Below the pieces are notes generated by a model that saw nothing but the letters and a program-made list of their open reading frames with translations, was not told the DNA's origin and made no database searches. A stretch of 63,104 bases of DNA, from positions 1 through 63,104 of the forward strand of contig MQRK01218133.1 of the NCBI GenBank assembly GCA_001938485.1. Direction: 5' to 3'. The translations under genes were made by a program, and so were the position numbers. The DNA comes from Girardia tigrina. Its lineage: Eukaryota. This document shows positions 26,129 through 40,600 of this stretch, in pieces (the stretch's first letter is position 1; every line of letters starts with the position of its first letter).

Positions 26129-27018
26129 CGGTTCCACGTCATAATGTCGCCGACAAAAATGTCGCGAACAAAAATATCGCTGATATAAAATGTTAAAAAA
26201 ATCTAATAAAAATTAATATGGTTATTTAAAATAAATAAAAAGTAATTTATTAATCATAAAAATATAATATAAAAATAAATAATAATAAATAAAAGCTGTT
26301 TACATTCAATATTCAAAGCAAAAACATATTTTATAAATCCATTTTTATTTACCAAAAAACGTTTAATGCTTTAGTTTTTTATTAGTAAACGTTCAAATGA
26401 AAATTGCATGTCACACCCTTCAAATAATTAAAAATTGATACAATATTGTAACTAGCTACTATCTTGTATAATCTTTGTGCATTGTCCCTATATTTATTCC
26501 TTCCTAAAGGTTGGTCTTGTTCAACAATATACTGGTTAATCTTTAATGCATTAAGGCTTTGTTCAAGCTTCAGTACATCAATGAAACACCAAATATTTTC
26601 TTTGTATCATCCTGCTCATCAGTATTGTGGATGGTAATTGTGCAGCAATCTCTGAAGGAACTCAAACGGACATCTACGCTATTATTTGTTGAGTTATGTT
26701 CCGGGTATTTATTGCTTGATCTATAATAAAAAATTATTTTTCTTTAAAACCTTCTTTTGTTGAATTGGGAGTATTATGATTTGAAATAACAGCAACTACT
26801 TCATCACCGATGGAGTGACACCGTTCTGAACATTTTCCTTTGGCATATTCCACACATCTCCATATCACCTTAGAATCAATTCGTTTCTCTAATGAGAAAA
26901 AGATTTCCATCATGACTAATATTTAAAAATACGATAAAATATTTTAAAAAAACTTTATTTTTGTTTACGACATATTGAATATACGACATTTTTGTTGGCG
27001 ACATTTTGACGTGCTACG
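26129..27018 (-). mobile_element. Internally deleted (non-autonomous) MULE
   Basis: TIRs ..ACGTCA(T/A)AATGTCGCC.. and 8-bp direct repeat GTGCAACA (26121-26128, 27019-27026). A FLYWCH piece (IWRCVEY..KC..NH) is joined to the C-terminus (NIWCFIDVLKLEQ..YLKGV). Confidence 0.8.
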
Positions 27019-27766
27019 GTGCAACAGACATTAATGAAAAAACGAAATATTATATGGGACATCCTATACTTAATTATTTAAAATATGAATAATTAAATTA
27101 ATTAGTTCAATTATTGATAAGAATATAAAGTGAAAGAAACAATTTATTTCTTTTCATATATAATAAATTTAAAACACAACTTGAGATTTCATAAGAAACA
27201 CTATGAGACTCATCATTTCTTCTTTAAAATAACCTAAAATGATTTTCTTTATTAATTTTCTTTAGAATATTAACAAAAATCCTCGATAGAGGTTATATGA
27301 GGTAAAATAAATATTCTCTATTAAATATATACAATTTAATATATGTTAAGTCATATTTCTTCCTTCACAATTTCTTTATTATTAAAACAATTATTTTTTT
27401 GTATAATACTTACGTGTTTTCAAATTATTATTTTTTCCATCTAACTTTCATTGAAACGATATTTTGATGATATATGGATTGCAGTATCCCTGTTTATACG
27501 ACTTTATTTTTATATCAATTATATCTGTTGATAATGATTCAACTGTAGAACTTTATTTTTCATCAAAACTAATTATTTATTATATCGTCAAGTTTAAATT
27601 TGTAGACACAATTATAATAAATTCAAATAGTTATAATTTAAAACAAACTTAACATTTGTTGCTCAGGTTTTTTTGTTTGATTGTTACATATCTTGACTAT
27701 TGAACACATTAATGAAAATTAAATAACATTACACATAACTTATTTTAATAATCAATAATTAAAAAA

Positions 27767-28624
27767 ATGGAAAAGGCCGACATTCGAATTATTAAGAAAT
27801 ACGAGTTCCTACGAAACATTAGTAGTGTATTCAGATACAATGCTACTACACTGCAGATACTCTCGAAGCAAACAATCGGTAAAGTGAGAAAGTTAGATTA
27901 GTGGATTCTACATGACTTGACTGAAAAGCAGAAACACAAGTGTTTGAATGCTTGCATGAAGATGCTTTCTCATGATAAATGTGATCACTTTTTGAATTGA
28001 ATCGTCATTTGTGATGGAAAGATAATTGCAAACGTTCATCAAGCTGGGTGGACACAAATTAAGCACCAAAACACAGTCCAAAGCAAAACGTTCATTAAAA
28101 GAAGCTGATGGTGAATGTTTAGTGGTCTGCCGTAGGTTTAATCCATTAAGACTTCATGAAACATGGTTGCTCGATCTCAGTTGATTTTTAATGCAACCAC
28201 TTGAAAAATATGATACAGAAACTCAAAGACAAACCACCGTGTTTCATGAACAGGTCGACTCTCATCTTGCTCCATGACAATGTAAAACCACATACTGCGC
28301 GTAAGATAGTGACAAAACTACTGGAACTTGAGTGTGAACTTTTGCATCACCTCCATCTGATCAAACCTAGCACCAATTGACTAACATTTTTTCCTATCAA
28401 AAATTGAACAACTCCGAAGATTCTGTAAAAATAGCCCTTCTGGAATTTATAGTTTCTCGCTCATCAAATTTTTATTCGAATAGCTTCAAAAAGCTGCCAC
28501 TCAAATGGCAAAACTGTGTCGATAATATGGTTGCATACTTTAATGAATGATATAAATATTTATATTGGTAAATTATCAATAAACTTTGACTGTAGTTCTA
28601 CCAATTCCATACTTGACTACCTAA
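27767..28624 (+). mobile_element. mariner remnant
   Basis: WILHDLTEKQK, FLN*IVICDGK, ILLHDNVKPH, degenerate YSPDLAP and TIR-like end ..ACTTGACTACCTAA. Confidence 0.8.
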
Positions 28625-28939
28625 CAGAATAAAAGTTTTAATTTAATTAATTAAAGTTTGTGTACACGTAAGCAAACATCGAAACAAATACTGTGATGCT
28701 ATTTTCAAAACAAGTATTGTCTGAAATATTTATTAAATATAATTATTTACATTTTACAAATAAATGAATGTTTTATAATAATGATGAAGGGCATAGTATA
28801 TGAATTTTTATGTAACTTTACTTTTTACATACTTACTTATACTTTTAAATACTTTTTTACTAGTTACTATTTTGCGTTTCCTGAAGATAATCTTTTTAAA
28901 TTTCTAACAAATATTATAATGAAAATAATTAAAAGATAA

Positions 28940-29200
28940 TATTATATGAAAAATATAAAAAAGTATGTTCGGGAATGAATCACACGTGCCGTTATGATTG
29001 TGTTTGGATCTCATTTACAAATATCCATGTAACACCACTAGCTTTGGGGAGACTTCACCTAATTTCTGTAAGAGAATCTAGAAAAAGATTGAATGAAGGG
29101 TAAATTTTGAATTTTGGGTACTCATTATGGGTATATAAGATTTTTGGATCCTGAAAATTAGCATCCAAACTGCACACTGCACAACTAAAAATATAGACAG
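28940..29200 (+). mobile_element. Penelope-like GIY-YIG remnant (same family as the 44.4-45.4 kb copy)
   Basis: MFGNESHVPL*LCLDLIYKYPC, GETSPNFCKRI and YIRFLDP match the 44512-44979 ORF. Confidence 0.7.
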
Positions 29201-30619
29201 ATGTGAACTTGAATTTAAAATGAATGAGACAACGCATTTCAAGGCAATCTCAATCTCATCATCAAGTCAATGTTCATCTTCTTTGTTTTACTTACGAATA
29301 TAAATAAATTCTTAAACAATTTAGTAAAAAAATTATTTGATGTAAAATATTTTATTGAGTTTTAAAAGTTAAGTAAAACTCCTTAATTATGATCCACCTC
29401 ATATTTATTAACCAATCATTTACAAATCTATCTATTGTCGTTTGAGAAACTGATATGTCTTTCTATCGTTCCGAACTTTACTAGAAAATGGACACATATG
29501 ATAATCATTATAATGAGATGAAACCTCCCACTGTCAATGCGATTCATTTAATTTTAGACTCCCCAATGAATCCGAAAAAAATCTAAAATTCTATCAATGC
29601 AAATGAACTGAAATCATCCAACTAAATTATTGGGCTTTAATTAACTTTTTTAAATTAAATAAAATAAGTAACATCTAATAATGTTTTACGAATTTAATCG
29701 AACTAAAGAATTCACAAATTTCTGTCAGCATTTGTCATTTGACTGAAGATACCCTTTAGAAAGCAACAAGTTCTTGTGTAAAATGACTGACCACAAGTTT
29801 TCTAAATCATAGCTTAATATTTCTTTTTCAATATTTGTCTGGTAAATGATGTTTTATGAATAACAATAAACATTGGGCTCTTTGCATCTATCTAAAAATC
29901 AATTCAAAATAAGTTTAATATTTAAATAAAATATATAAATCAATACTTTGATATTATTTATGAATATTAACAAATAGAATAAACGTAGAATGATGTAAAA
30001 GTGAAAGTTTTCTGAAAATTCCATCTCCAGAAATTAAGCAAAATGTATGTAATACTTTTTATTTTTTTCGAAATATTAAAACGATTTTACAAATAATATT
30101 TTCTAAAAATTAAAAAAAATGATCTTTTTTAGTACTTAAATTATTCTTTCAAATATTTTTTCACAGGACTCAAAGAAAAAAAATATTCTCAAGGGAAATT
30201 CTTTTGTAAATGCTTATTTTTATGTAGCTCAATTTATTTTTATAAATTGCAATGATGAAGTTTAAGACTTCCTTAAAATAAAACATTGCAAAACATTTGC
30301 AGCTGTGAGTTTTTATTATTGCTTGTTTGAACAGTAATATTCCGTAGAAAAGTATATAAAATATATAGAGTACCTAAGTTTTTGTTCTTTTAGGTTTACT
30401 AATAAATTAATTATTCTATTTTATTATTAAAAATATTGTATAAAATAAGTTCAATTGTTAATTAAACTAAAAATTATTTAAAAAAGAAATCGAATACTTT
30501 TTTATTTCTATTTTAATCTTGATTTTTATGTAATGGAAGTAAAATTAAGTTCAACTCGTTTTTCGTGGTTAAAAGAGCATTTTATTAAAATAAATGAATA
30601 AAAATATTGATTTCAGTGT

Positions 30620-31100
30620 TATTCATCGATGGCTCTCACTTTATTATTACCTCTCAAAGACATTTCTCATCTTTTAAATGTGATCAAAGTTTTGATTTCT
30701 TTGAAAGAAAGAAACCAATAACCCACCAAATCGATCTGACATACGACAGAAGAACAAGTAATCAGAAGACGCAATGTCCAGTTAATACGTTTGATGCAGC
30801 AAATATCCCTGGTTGGAAAGTTTAGAATTTATTTTTACGAACTTTGCGAACTCAAATCAAGAGTTATCATTCTGAAGAATTACTTTTTCATATCTGTGTT
30901 TGTGTTACGGCCCTTTTTCTCCCAATGTACAGCTCAAACAAATCACTTCTAGTCTATCCCATTCACTTGTAATTTAATCTCAAGGTTGTAACTTCCTATA
31001 GTAAATAACACACTTTAAACCAAGAATATGTGGCATTTGTATTGATGTCCATGGTACTAATTGACTGGACATACCGTAAACTTCGTAGAATATCCATACC
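30620..31100 (-). mobile_element. Mos1-like mariner remnant
   Basis: VILQNDNS..AKFVK..Y*LDIASSDYLFF, resembling VILQHDNA..YSPDIAPSDYHLF. Confidence 0.7.
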
Positions 31101-33969
31101 TGAAGTGAAAAATCACCCTTCAACATTTCTAGTTCTGTTTATAAAGTATTAAATTTTCTGGATTTAAAAATTTTCTATTAGATTTCAATAGTGAAAATAA
31201 CCAAAACTGAAATTATCATTCTTGAAACATCTGAATCAATTAAAAGAAGGATATTCGTTAAACTAAAGCATCCAAAAATGTGGCTTAGTAAGGACAAAAT
31301 TGGACATATTCAACACAGTGAAAAGCATTGGTTTTGTTTTTAACTCAAAGCAATATTTCGAATGAATATTATTAGTAAAACCACCAGAATCAGCTGAAAC
31401 TATAACAACTAACCCTAACAATCCAAATTAATTTGTACTCCGAATATTGTTCTCCAAAAATATTTTTATACTACAAATATCAAAGGTTAATACGTCAGTA
31501 TTAACCAATATTTTTGACGTGAGACATTTTAAAATATATATAATTTTATTTTATTATTTTGAATATTTGTGTTTATTCTGAAAAATGAATAAAAAGAATA
31601 CGAGTATAAGAAAGTTTAGTGTTATGATTAAAAAATACAAAAAATAATTTTACTTCATTCTAATATCAAAAAAAATTCCTAAAAATTTTCCTCTTTTTAA
31701 CAAATTTTAAATTTGCATTATAATATTATTTTTACAGTTATTTTTGAAAATTAATAAAACAAATATGAAGACCGCAATTATCTTTAATTATTTCAGTTCA
31801 ATCTTTGCTTCTATTTGACTGATATTTCCTGACTTTTCTGTTTAAATGATCCTAAATATTTTTATTTTTGGTCGATATTTATTTTCAAATAAATAACCTA
31901 ATTATTTAATTAATAGTAATTTTTTATTATTAATATAATTATAATAATAATAATTATTATTATTTGTTCCAGGTACAAATTAAAAACAAAATTTTTATTA
32001 TTTTGAAAAATTAAAATTTTTAATCTAAAAAAATATACATTTTTATATACAAAAATTAAGAAAAAAAATTTGTAAAATGATGAAATTCGGTCGGTATTTG
32101 TTTGGATTTTTTGATTTATTGCATTGTTTAAATGTACTTTTTTTTGGTTATGAAAGTTTTTTGAAATTTTTGCTGAACAATAAATGATAATATGATATTT
32201 GTGTTCTCACTAAAATTAATTTTGAAAATCAAATCGACACGAATGAGCGCTGTTCTAGACACTCGATTTATCTATTCATTTGATCGATTAAATAATATTC
32301 TGGTCGATATCGATTATTCATTGGTTGAATCGTGTAAAGAATTTATAAACGAATGGAAACTGTCAGTTGAAATTAATGATAATTTGAAATACGAACTGGG
32401 AAAAGAATTTAGAACGAAAAAATCAATATTAATGAGAAAAGAAAAAATATTGCATAATTTTTTGCAACGCCTATGTCGGAAAATACACTTTAATAAATGC
32501 TTTTAATAAAAAAATGATCTCTCGACTGAATACAGCCAAACTATCAACTGTTTTGTTAAAATAAAGAAAACTTCTTGTCAATCATTTTTCTCACATAAAA
32601 ATGAAAAAATTTCTATTTCTTAACAAAAAAGAGAATTAATTTCGAAGAAGATTGCCATTTAGAAAGTGGATCTCGAGTTGAAGTGTTTTATGGGCACGAA
32701 AATTGCTCTCTGTTAAATGAGGACATATTAATAATTGATACCCCTGGATCGACACTGATAATTTAATTGACAAAAAATATTATGGGCCCAGTACAAAAAT
32801 GATGTGCCTGACAAAAACAGCATTATTATTTTTATTATTATTATTAATGTTTAATGTGTTTTTACACTTTTCGATAACTCAAAATAATAAGTTAAAATAA
32901 TCTTTTTTAAAAATTTTGCAATATTTATTATTTATTTAACATATTAATGAGTCTTTTTTTGCTAAAAATGTTATACTAAAAATACTAATAATTATAATTA
33001 TTGATGAAAATTAAAAAAAAATAATATCAAAAATTTATAATTGAATATTATTAATAAATAATTATTATTTATATATTAATGTTTTACTTTTTTCTATAAC
33101 TGGTTTTAAATATTTAATCTAAAATTTACTGTTAAATGTTTTCTTTAATGCTTTAAAAATAAAATAAATAAAAAACACTTGAATGAGAGCTATATTTTAC
33201 TTTTTATGATCATTAAAATAATTATTATTTATATTAAACAAAATTGAAAAATAAATTATGCAAAAATTAAAAGATGTTCAACGTTAAATGAAAAATATAT
33301 AAAAATTTTTCTAACAGTGTTAAAAGATAATATTTGTTTTGAATAATTATTATTAATAAATGTTTTCCAACAATTATTTTGTTTTACAAGTTCAAGAAAA
33401 TAAAATATGTTTCTATTCAATTGTTATTTTACAATTGTTTGCAATTCACAATTGACTTTTCCCTATTGACTCAGAAAATAATATCAAATATAAATATAAT
33501 AAATAAATATTACCAATCAACAATAAATTTGCTTTACTTAGATTAAGGTAAATTTTGTCGTAAGTTTATATTATATTGAATAATTGTTCAAATAATTTGT
33601 AATTTTTTTGTTCTATTAAATTAAAAAAAATTAAATATTAATTTTTTGTTGATTTTCATAACAATTCATTACAATTAATTAATTAAATAGAATTCAATTT
33701 CAATATTCTTTTTAATATAAAAAACAATGTTTAATTAAATATTTCTTTGAAAATATTTTATACATTGAAAAGTTTATTAGTTCTTTTTATTAAATGAATT
33801 TTACTTTTCTAAATCAATATTTTAACAATAATTTGTAAAATTATTTTAGTACAACACTTCTTCATTTTTTTTGATCAAAGAAAGGTTTGTTGGAGAAAAC
33901 TATTTTATTTAAAATATTTGTAATTAGAGTCTTCATTGATAAATTTTATTTCCAATTCAAACAATGTAA

Positions 33970-34191
33970 CACATTGAATGCTGAGTACGAGATATCTCGT
34001 ACTTCAATATTCATTAGTTAGACGCTAAGTACGAGATATCTCGTACTTTGGCTTACATTACTAAGACATTACTAAATTATTGTACTGCTGCGCGCATGAG
34101 ATATGCCTGCCGCGCGGCAGTAAACTTTTTTGTCCCACGCGTAGCGCGCGTAGCAGACGTTCGGTGCATGATGTCAACAGCAGTCAATGTG
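33970..34191. mobile_element. piggyBac-type MITE
   Basis: 14-bp TIR CACATTGA(A/C)TGCTG flanked by GTAA and TTAA. Two internal perfect palindromes AGTACGAGATATCTCGTACT (33984-34003, 34028-34047). Confidence 0.7.
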
Positions 34192-35493
34192 TTAAATAAT
34201 ATGCACTTGATATATACTTTGTGGCAGTTGAATATTTTTTATATTAAACTTTAAAATTCATAAAAATATATAACGACATTTAAATTTATATGATTCATGC
34301 AAAGATAAATAATATTCATATTACCTGACACAACTAAAAATATAAATATAAACAAATATATAAATGTTCTTAATGGATTAATTTACTGATCCGTTATTGT
34401 TTCTCTTATCTCTGTCATTAGAGGTAAAAAAAAGTAATTTTGACACGCCATATTAAAAAATATATATTATATATTATTTATTAATAATAAAAATCTATTT
34501 TAATAATCAAAGTGTTTCGGAATTTCAAGTTAAATTTATATTGACCTGATAGACATTCTTCTAATATATTAATAAATATTAATAAATAAATTTGTAAAGA
34601 CATTAATATGTTTTTCCTGTACACTAATATGTTGCTGGGAACCAGTACTGCTTGGGGAGCAAACAGTTGGTCCCAAGCTGCTCAAATAAGGAAAAATGTG
34701 AACAATAGAAATAATAAATATATATAAATAACATAAAATATAAAATTAAAAATTAGAATGTCGATTTTTAATTAAAAAAATATCAATAATAACGATGATT
34801 TAATAAATATTAACTTAACAACAAAAATAATGAATCCTTAATCCGAAGTTATCAAAACAACAAACAAAAGAAGACAAAAATTCTAAACAATTTTAAAGAA
34901 GATATTTTGAATTAACTCTCGGGAACGATTAATTAAGACGAAGTACAATTATTTATTCATTCAACAATTTCCTCAATCAAAATTTTGAGAATACTAATTA
35001 AAATTGACAAAGCAGAATCTCCTTCTATTGATATCAATACTACATTTCATCGATCATTTGCATTTTAATAAAATACGTATTTTTTTATTTAACTCTCCTT
35101 GACTCTATATTCTTTTGCGTGATAATATTAACTCTTCTTTTGTCCAACCATCCGTAGGTTGTTTTGATTAAGAAGGTAAATGTATTTTACTTAGAACAAC
35201 TGTTATATTCCCTTATGTTTATTTGTTTCCTTTTAAAATACGTTTCTAAAAGAAATGGACTTCAACTAATTTTTTTTTGAGATCTTTTTCTTTTATAACA
35301 TATCTTTATTTTGATGATCTTTATTTATATTCAAAATATCTACTCTCCTGCCTAAAGACAGCATTTCAAATCGATTATTGTTGTTCAAAGACTCAAATTA
35401 TTTTATTGAACTTGTGAGGAATATTTTAAATTTGGTATGTTGAAATTGGTTTGTTGAATTTTGTATGTTGAGTTCAGTATTTGGAAATGTGTT

Positions 35494-35958
35494 TCTCCCA
35501 CCCAGATGGAAAATTGATATTTTGAATGTTCACGATAAATAATTATTCGAGTATAATTTGTATTTTAAAGTACAGCATAAGATATTTAAAAACATTAAAA
35601 ATATTAAATCTTTTCAAATCTTCATATTAAAATTTAAATAAAATNNNNNNNNNNNNNNNNNNNNNNNNNNNNNNNNNNNNNNNNNNNNNNNNNNNNNNNN
35701 NNNNNNNNNNNNNNNNNNNNNNNNNNNNNNNNNNNNNNNNNNNNNNNNNNNNNNNNNNNNNNNNNNNNNNNNNNNNNNNNNNNNAAATTTGTTCGAATAA
35801 TTGTTTATTAACAAACATTAACAAAAAATTATCAATTTAGAACGATGTCGAATGACGAGAGTTTTGCTGAAAGTTGTCCAAAAGACAATTCTGATTGTAA
35901 TGAAAATAAAAGTTTGAAAACCCATGTTGGTGTTCTTAATAGAACTGTTTATCATTGA
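35494..35958 (+). other. Micro-ORF family A cassette (motif + 37-aa ORF at 35845)
   Basis: TCTCCCACCCAGATGG at 35494-35509; MSNDESFAESCPKDNSDCNENKSLKTHVGVLNRTVYH*. Spans an N gap. Confidence 0.5.
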
Positions 35959-37000
35959 TTTGTTTGCTTTATTTTTTATAGATAAATAATGTAAAAAAAT
36001 GATTAAATAATTTAAAAATAAAATTAAAAATAATTAAATTTATTAAAAGAAAAATAAAAAAGAATAGTTAATTTGAATTTGTTTGAGCATAATTTTGTTA
36101 TTGATTGACCGAACTGCGCCGGTGTATGCGGCAGGATCAAAATGAGAATATTGATTCGATTGGTTCGCTCTGATTAGTCAACCCATCAAAGTGAGTTGAG
36201 GAATTAGGTAATTTTTAAAATCAGGTTTTCAATTTTAACAAATTTATGACAATTTAAATTATCTAAAATTTTTTCAAATACGATTTCAATTTTCTCAAAT
36301 TTTTTGGACCAGTTAAATTATTTCAAATTGTATTTTTATACTACTGAAGTTATTTTGATTTTGATTGTTATACGATTGAAAATTTTAAGGGAATTGAATT
36401 GTGAAATACAAATCATTTTATTTTGAAATCTGAATTTTTATTGACAAAGAATATAAATTTTAAAAACGATTTCGATTTTCTCTCGATTATTTTGAATTTC
36501 AATTTTTCTTAAACGAATTAGTTGCTGATACTTCTTTACAGTAGAAACAGTCTGAATTATTGTTAATAATTTTAAAACAAAAATATATCTATTCGGGGTT
36601 CAATTATCGTTATTATATTGTAATTATCATTAATTATATATATGTATATCTGAATATATATATATATCAATTGATCCCGCCCTCTCTATCACTGACTCTG
36701 TTCCTGAGAAAAAAATGAACAAAAACAATTTGTGATATTTTATTTTTGTTTTTGTGTTTTTTAATTTAATGGAATTTGTAAAAAAATTTGTTTATAAAAA
36801 ATTTGATAAACAATTGGTGTTAAAAGTTGTGAAAAACAATTATTAGCGAAAAAATTATTATCGAAATTAAAAGTTGGAATTGTAAAATTGATTTTGTGTA
36901 AATAATCAAAAATTGATTGATTTATAAGAAAATTTGAAAATAAATTATATTAAATAAACGATTTGAGATTTTTATTTTCTACCTTGATTTTTTTTGAAAT

Positions 37001-37362
37001 ATGGTCGATCAAATCAACGATGATTTTGAAAAGGAAGAAGAACCGGATCAGTCAAATAAACAAAATAATTTTATTGAAGATAATAGTCAAAATAATTTAG
37101 AAGATCATGTTGATAATGCGATATTGAACGATGTTACTGATAAGTTACCAACAGAAAACGAAAATACCGATCGGAGAAATGATTCTGACAATGTTGACAT
37201 TTCAGAAGAAATCGAGAGTACTCAATCGCTATCTGGCAGATCGAAAAATTCTGAAGAATTACAAGATGATGTTGTAAATAATTCTGAATTGAAAAATGAA
37301 GCAAATAAAGAGTTAGATGATGAGAGTTTATTTAAATTGGAGTCAGATTCTTTTATTGTGCT
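37001..37362 (+). pseudogene. Acidic low-complexity protein N-terminus (first exon or gene) interrupted by a PLE insertion
   Basis: About 120 open D/E/N-rich codons from an ATG. The ORF's last residues come from an out-of-frame PLE tail. Confidence 0.45.
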
Positions 37363-37620
37363 AAAAATTATTGGGAAAGAGTTACTTGTGAGCATTATTG
37401 ATTAAATCACTTAATCCGTCCATTAATGTACAAACAAGTCTCTCTTCCAATTTGTTGAAAATATTTAATTAGTTATTACGCAAGATGTTTGCATAATCAT
37501 CAATTTGCTATATATAAGACAGCGAAATTGTTGTTAATTCAGCCTGAAGATGGTGGAAAATCCACCGAAATATATTGCAATAAAATTTGAGTTTAATGGC
37601 GTTCTTAATTATAATTTTTG
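37362..37620 (+). mobile_element. Penelope-like element 3' end with hammerhead
   Basis: KNYWERVTCE(fs)LLIKSLNPSINVQTSLSSNLLKIFN*, homologous to the end of the 44512 ORF. Confidence 0.8.
37542..37578 (+). ncRNA. Minimal type I hammerhead ribozyme
   Basis: GC-CTGAAGA-T-GGTGG-AAAAT-CCACC-GAAA-TATA-TT-GC. Confidence 0.7.
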
Positions 37621-40600
37621 TATTTATTTTTAGTTTAATTTTCTGAATTTTGCCACTCCTGCAAATTTTGGAATCATGCAGTGACTTAAAAGTTTTTATT
37701 GATTATTTAACCTTTTATTCACATTCTTTAAGCTATACAGACATTAATATCAAATAAAATTTTGAACTTTTTCAAAATTCTTACTGATTAAGTTTTAAAG
37801 TTAATCTTTAATAGATAACACTGTCATAAGAAAGGGGGTTTACAAGAATAACAATAAACAGGAAATATTTAGGAGATTATAACATAAAATGTGTATTAAT
37901 TTTCCTGTACACAAGCTAATTAAAGAATGTTTGAAGGTAGATGAATTGCATGCTAGAGTGGGACTGATTATTTTTTTCAATACTGACAGACACTAATATC
38001 TATCATTGCCGGACTTTGCTCTGCCTTTAAATCGAATAAAAAACTAAATGTCAATTTATTAATTTATTCTCTCATAACTTATTTTTCAAAGGGAACCACG
38101 AAAATAAATCAGTAATAGAAAAATTCTAAATAAGGACCAATATATTTGCCAATTCGTTTGCAAACAGATATTGATACGATAAATAACTTAATTAATTTGT
38201 ATGTATATATATAAATATTTATAAAACTAATACTCATTATAATAACTGTTTCAGGAAACGAATTAGATTGTTATGTATATTATAGTTTATTATTATTTTT
38301 TACTGCCGATTCCCTTATTCTTTCCCCTTGTTCGATCAATTATTAGTCTCTGTCAATTTATTACAAGTTTCGATCAAACAGTTTCGAATTGAATCTCTGA
38401 CTATATTTTACGTATTATTTTTTGAATTTGAATTTTAATTTGATGACTAATAAAGTCAAAATTGACATTTCTTTGTTGTACGATTCTGATTGACTGCCAA
38501 GAGTGATAATGAGAGTGGACAAATCTAAATTATAATTCAGTTTTGTTTCTTAAAATCGATGTCGAAAAAAGTTGTCCCTTGAACTCGAGAGCTGTAAAAA
38601 AGATATTGGATTTGTCATTATCGAAAAAAATTTTTGTTTTGTTGTTTGTTTGAATTTAGCATTTGTAAAAGTCAATTTGAAAACTGAATTCAAAATTAAA
38701 CTGACGAACAATGTCTAATTTCTCGGACTTATACAAAACTGATATCGCGAATTTTCAACCCCTATTAAAACGGGTCTGTTCATGAATAAAGATTTAATGT
38801 TTAACAAATGGCCACTTTCTTTAATTTCACTTTCTCTGGAAATTATCAAATACAAATTTTTCCAATGATTATCAAGAAACATTATTTTCTTTATGGTTCA
38901 TTTTGGACAAGAATGAGTTTGAATCTGATTCTGATGTTTTTTTTTAAAAAATCTCCTTTCTCAAACAAATCTCCATGTGTTAAAAATGGGTACTAAGCTA
39001 TGTGATGGGTCTCTTGTTGGGAGATGTCTTTCTCGCTGTCATTCCGATCGAATTGGAAAAATAGCAAATGAATACAAACCATAATTTATTGATGGCTGGC
39101 CTGTGGATCATTGAATGATCAGTCACATATTATATATTGGAGAAATCACTCAATGCAGTGACCATTTCTAACAGCAGAAATATTCTGTTAAATAGAAAAA
39201 TTCATTCGAAATCGAATGTCGATCTCAACAAGAATAGAAACAAAAACAGTTTTAGAAAACAGATTGAAAATATCGGATAAATCACACTTATAGTATATTC
39301 TGTCTCGAGAATGTGTCATTGGTGCATTTTCGGTGCTGGGAGAGCTGGGATTGTTCACTTTGATTGGAGTACTGATTAACGAGATTCCATAAAAACTATG
39401 GGATCTTGTTCTGTCATGCGGGTTTTGATCTGTAAAATGTATTGCTATACCAGTTTAGATGGATGAACAGCTCGATAGACGAATTCGATGATCAATGGGC
39501 CCAGCATAATGAGACTGATCCACTGCGTTCCTGCTACCACCGTGTGGGTTTCGGAGCAACCTGAAGGTCGGGCGGATCAATAAAATTTTAAACTGGAATG
39601 GTTTCTTGGAAAGATTCTTAACTTTTCTGATCTAAGAAAAGAATTACTTCATGAAGTAATCCAAGAAATATGTATTTTAACATGTATTGTAATTTAGAAA
39701 AAATAATTAAAACTTTGTTGATATAATTTTAAGTATAACATTTAATGAAGTTTTCCGTATTGTTTTCGGAATCAAGACTAATTGACGGTTTTAGATTATA
39801 TATTAAAATCGAAGATCATGGGTCAAACAAATCATAAATCTAGGTAAACATAAAGATATTATAGTACAACCTTGAATCTATAACCTGGATTCTGTCAATT
39901 TTATATGAATATAACTTCATTTTTATTTTCTTTCAATTTCAACTCTTTCAATTTTTTAAATTTAATCTTTATAAAATTTATATTCTAAATCTATTTAAAG
40001 TTTTGAAACTTAATTTACTAACCATTTTATTAATCTTTAATTTTCTAAAATTCATTTTATTAAAAAATTTCAAATATATATTTTATCAATTTTTTAAAAT
40101 ATTACTTATATTTAAAATTTTAATCTTAATTCTTATTTCATAATAATTTTTATTTCATCGAGTTATTAATTAATTCTTTAACCTATAATAATACAAATTT
40201 AATTTGAACCAAATATAATAAAACAGAAATTTTCCAAACGAGCAGGAAAATTACAATTTTAAATTTAATAATTATATCACAAGCATTCCTAAATTAAAAT
40301 ATTGCTCACAATTAAGAATTAAAATCGTATAAGAAATATTTTACAATTTATGTCAGTTCTTTAAAACTGTTTGGAACATATCCAAAAATTGTTTATCAAA
40401 TTCTGAAAATTAGTTTTAGCATCCCTGTCGAAAGAAGTAAAACATAAGGCTATTTAATATTCTATTTAAAACTTCTTTGAAACTTTCAACAGGGTCCAAT
40501 GAGTTATAATTTACAAGAATTGAGAAGAAAAACGAATATTATATAGAGATCATTTTAGATTCAATTGTTATTTGATGATAATAAACGATATGAATTATGC

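Noticed and set aside
29055-29237. Minus-strand 60-aa ORF as an RT fragment
   Set aside because: The plus strand matches the PLE GIY-YIG domain much better.
35614-35824. ORFs in the supplied track containing X runs
   Set aside because: Artefacts of the N gap at 35645-35784.
37362-37405. LKIIGKELL as a chromodomain start and GTGAG as a splice donor
   Set aside because: These bases are the PLE GIY-YIG tail (KNYWERVTCE) read in another frame.
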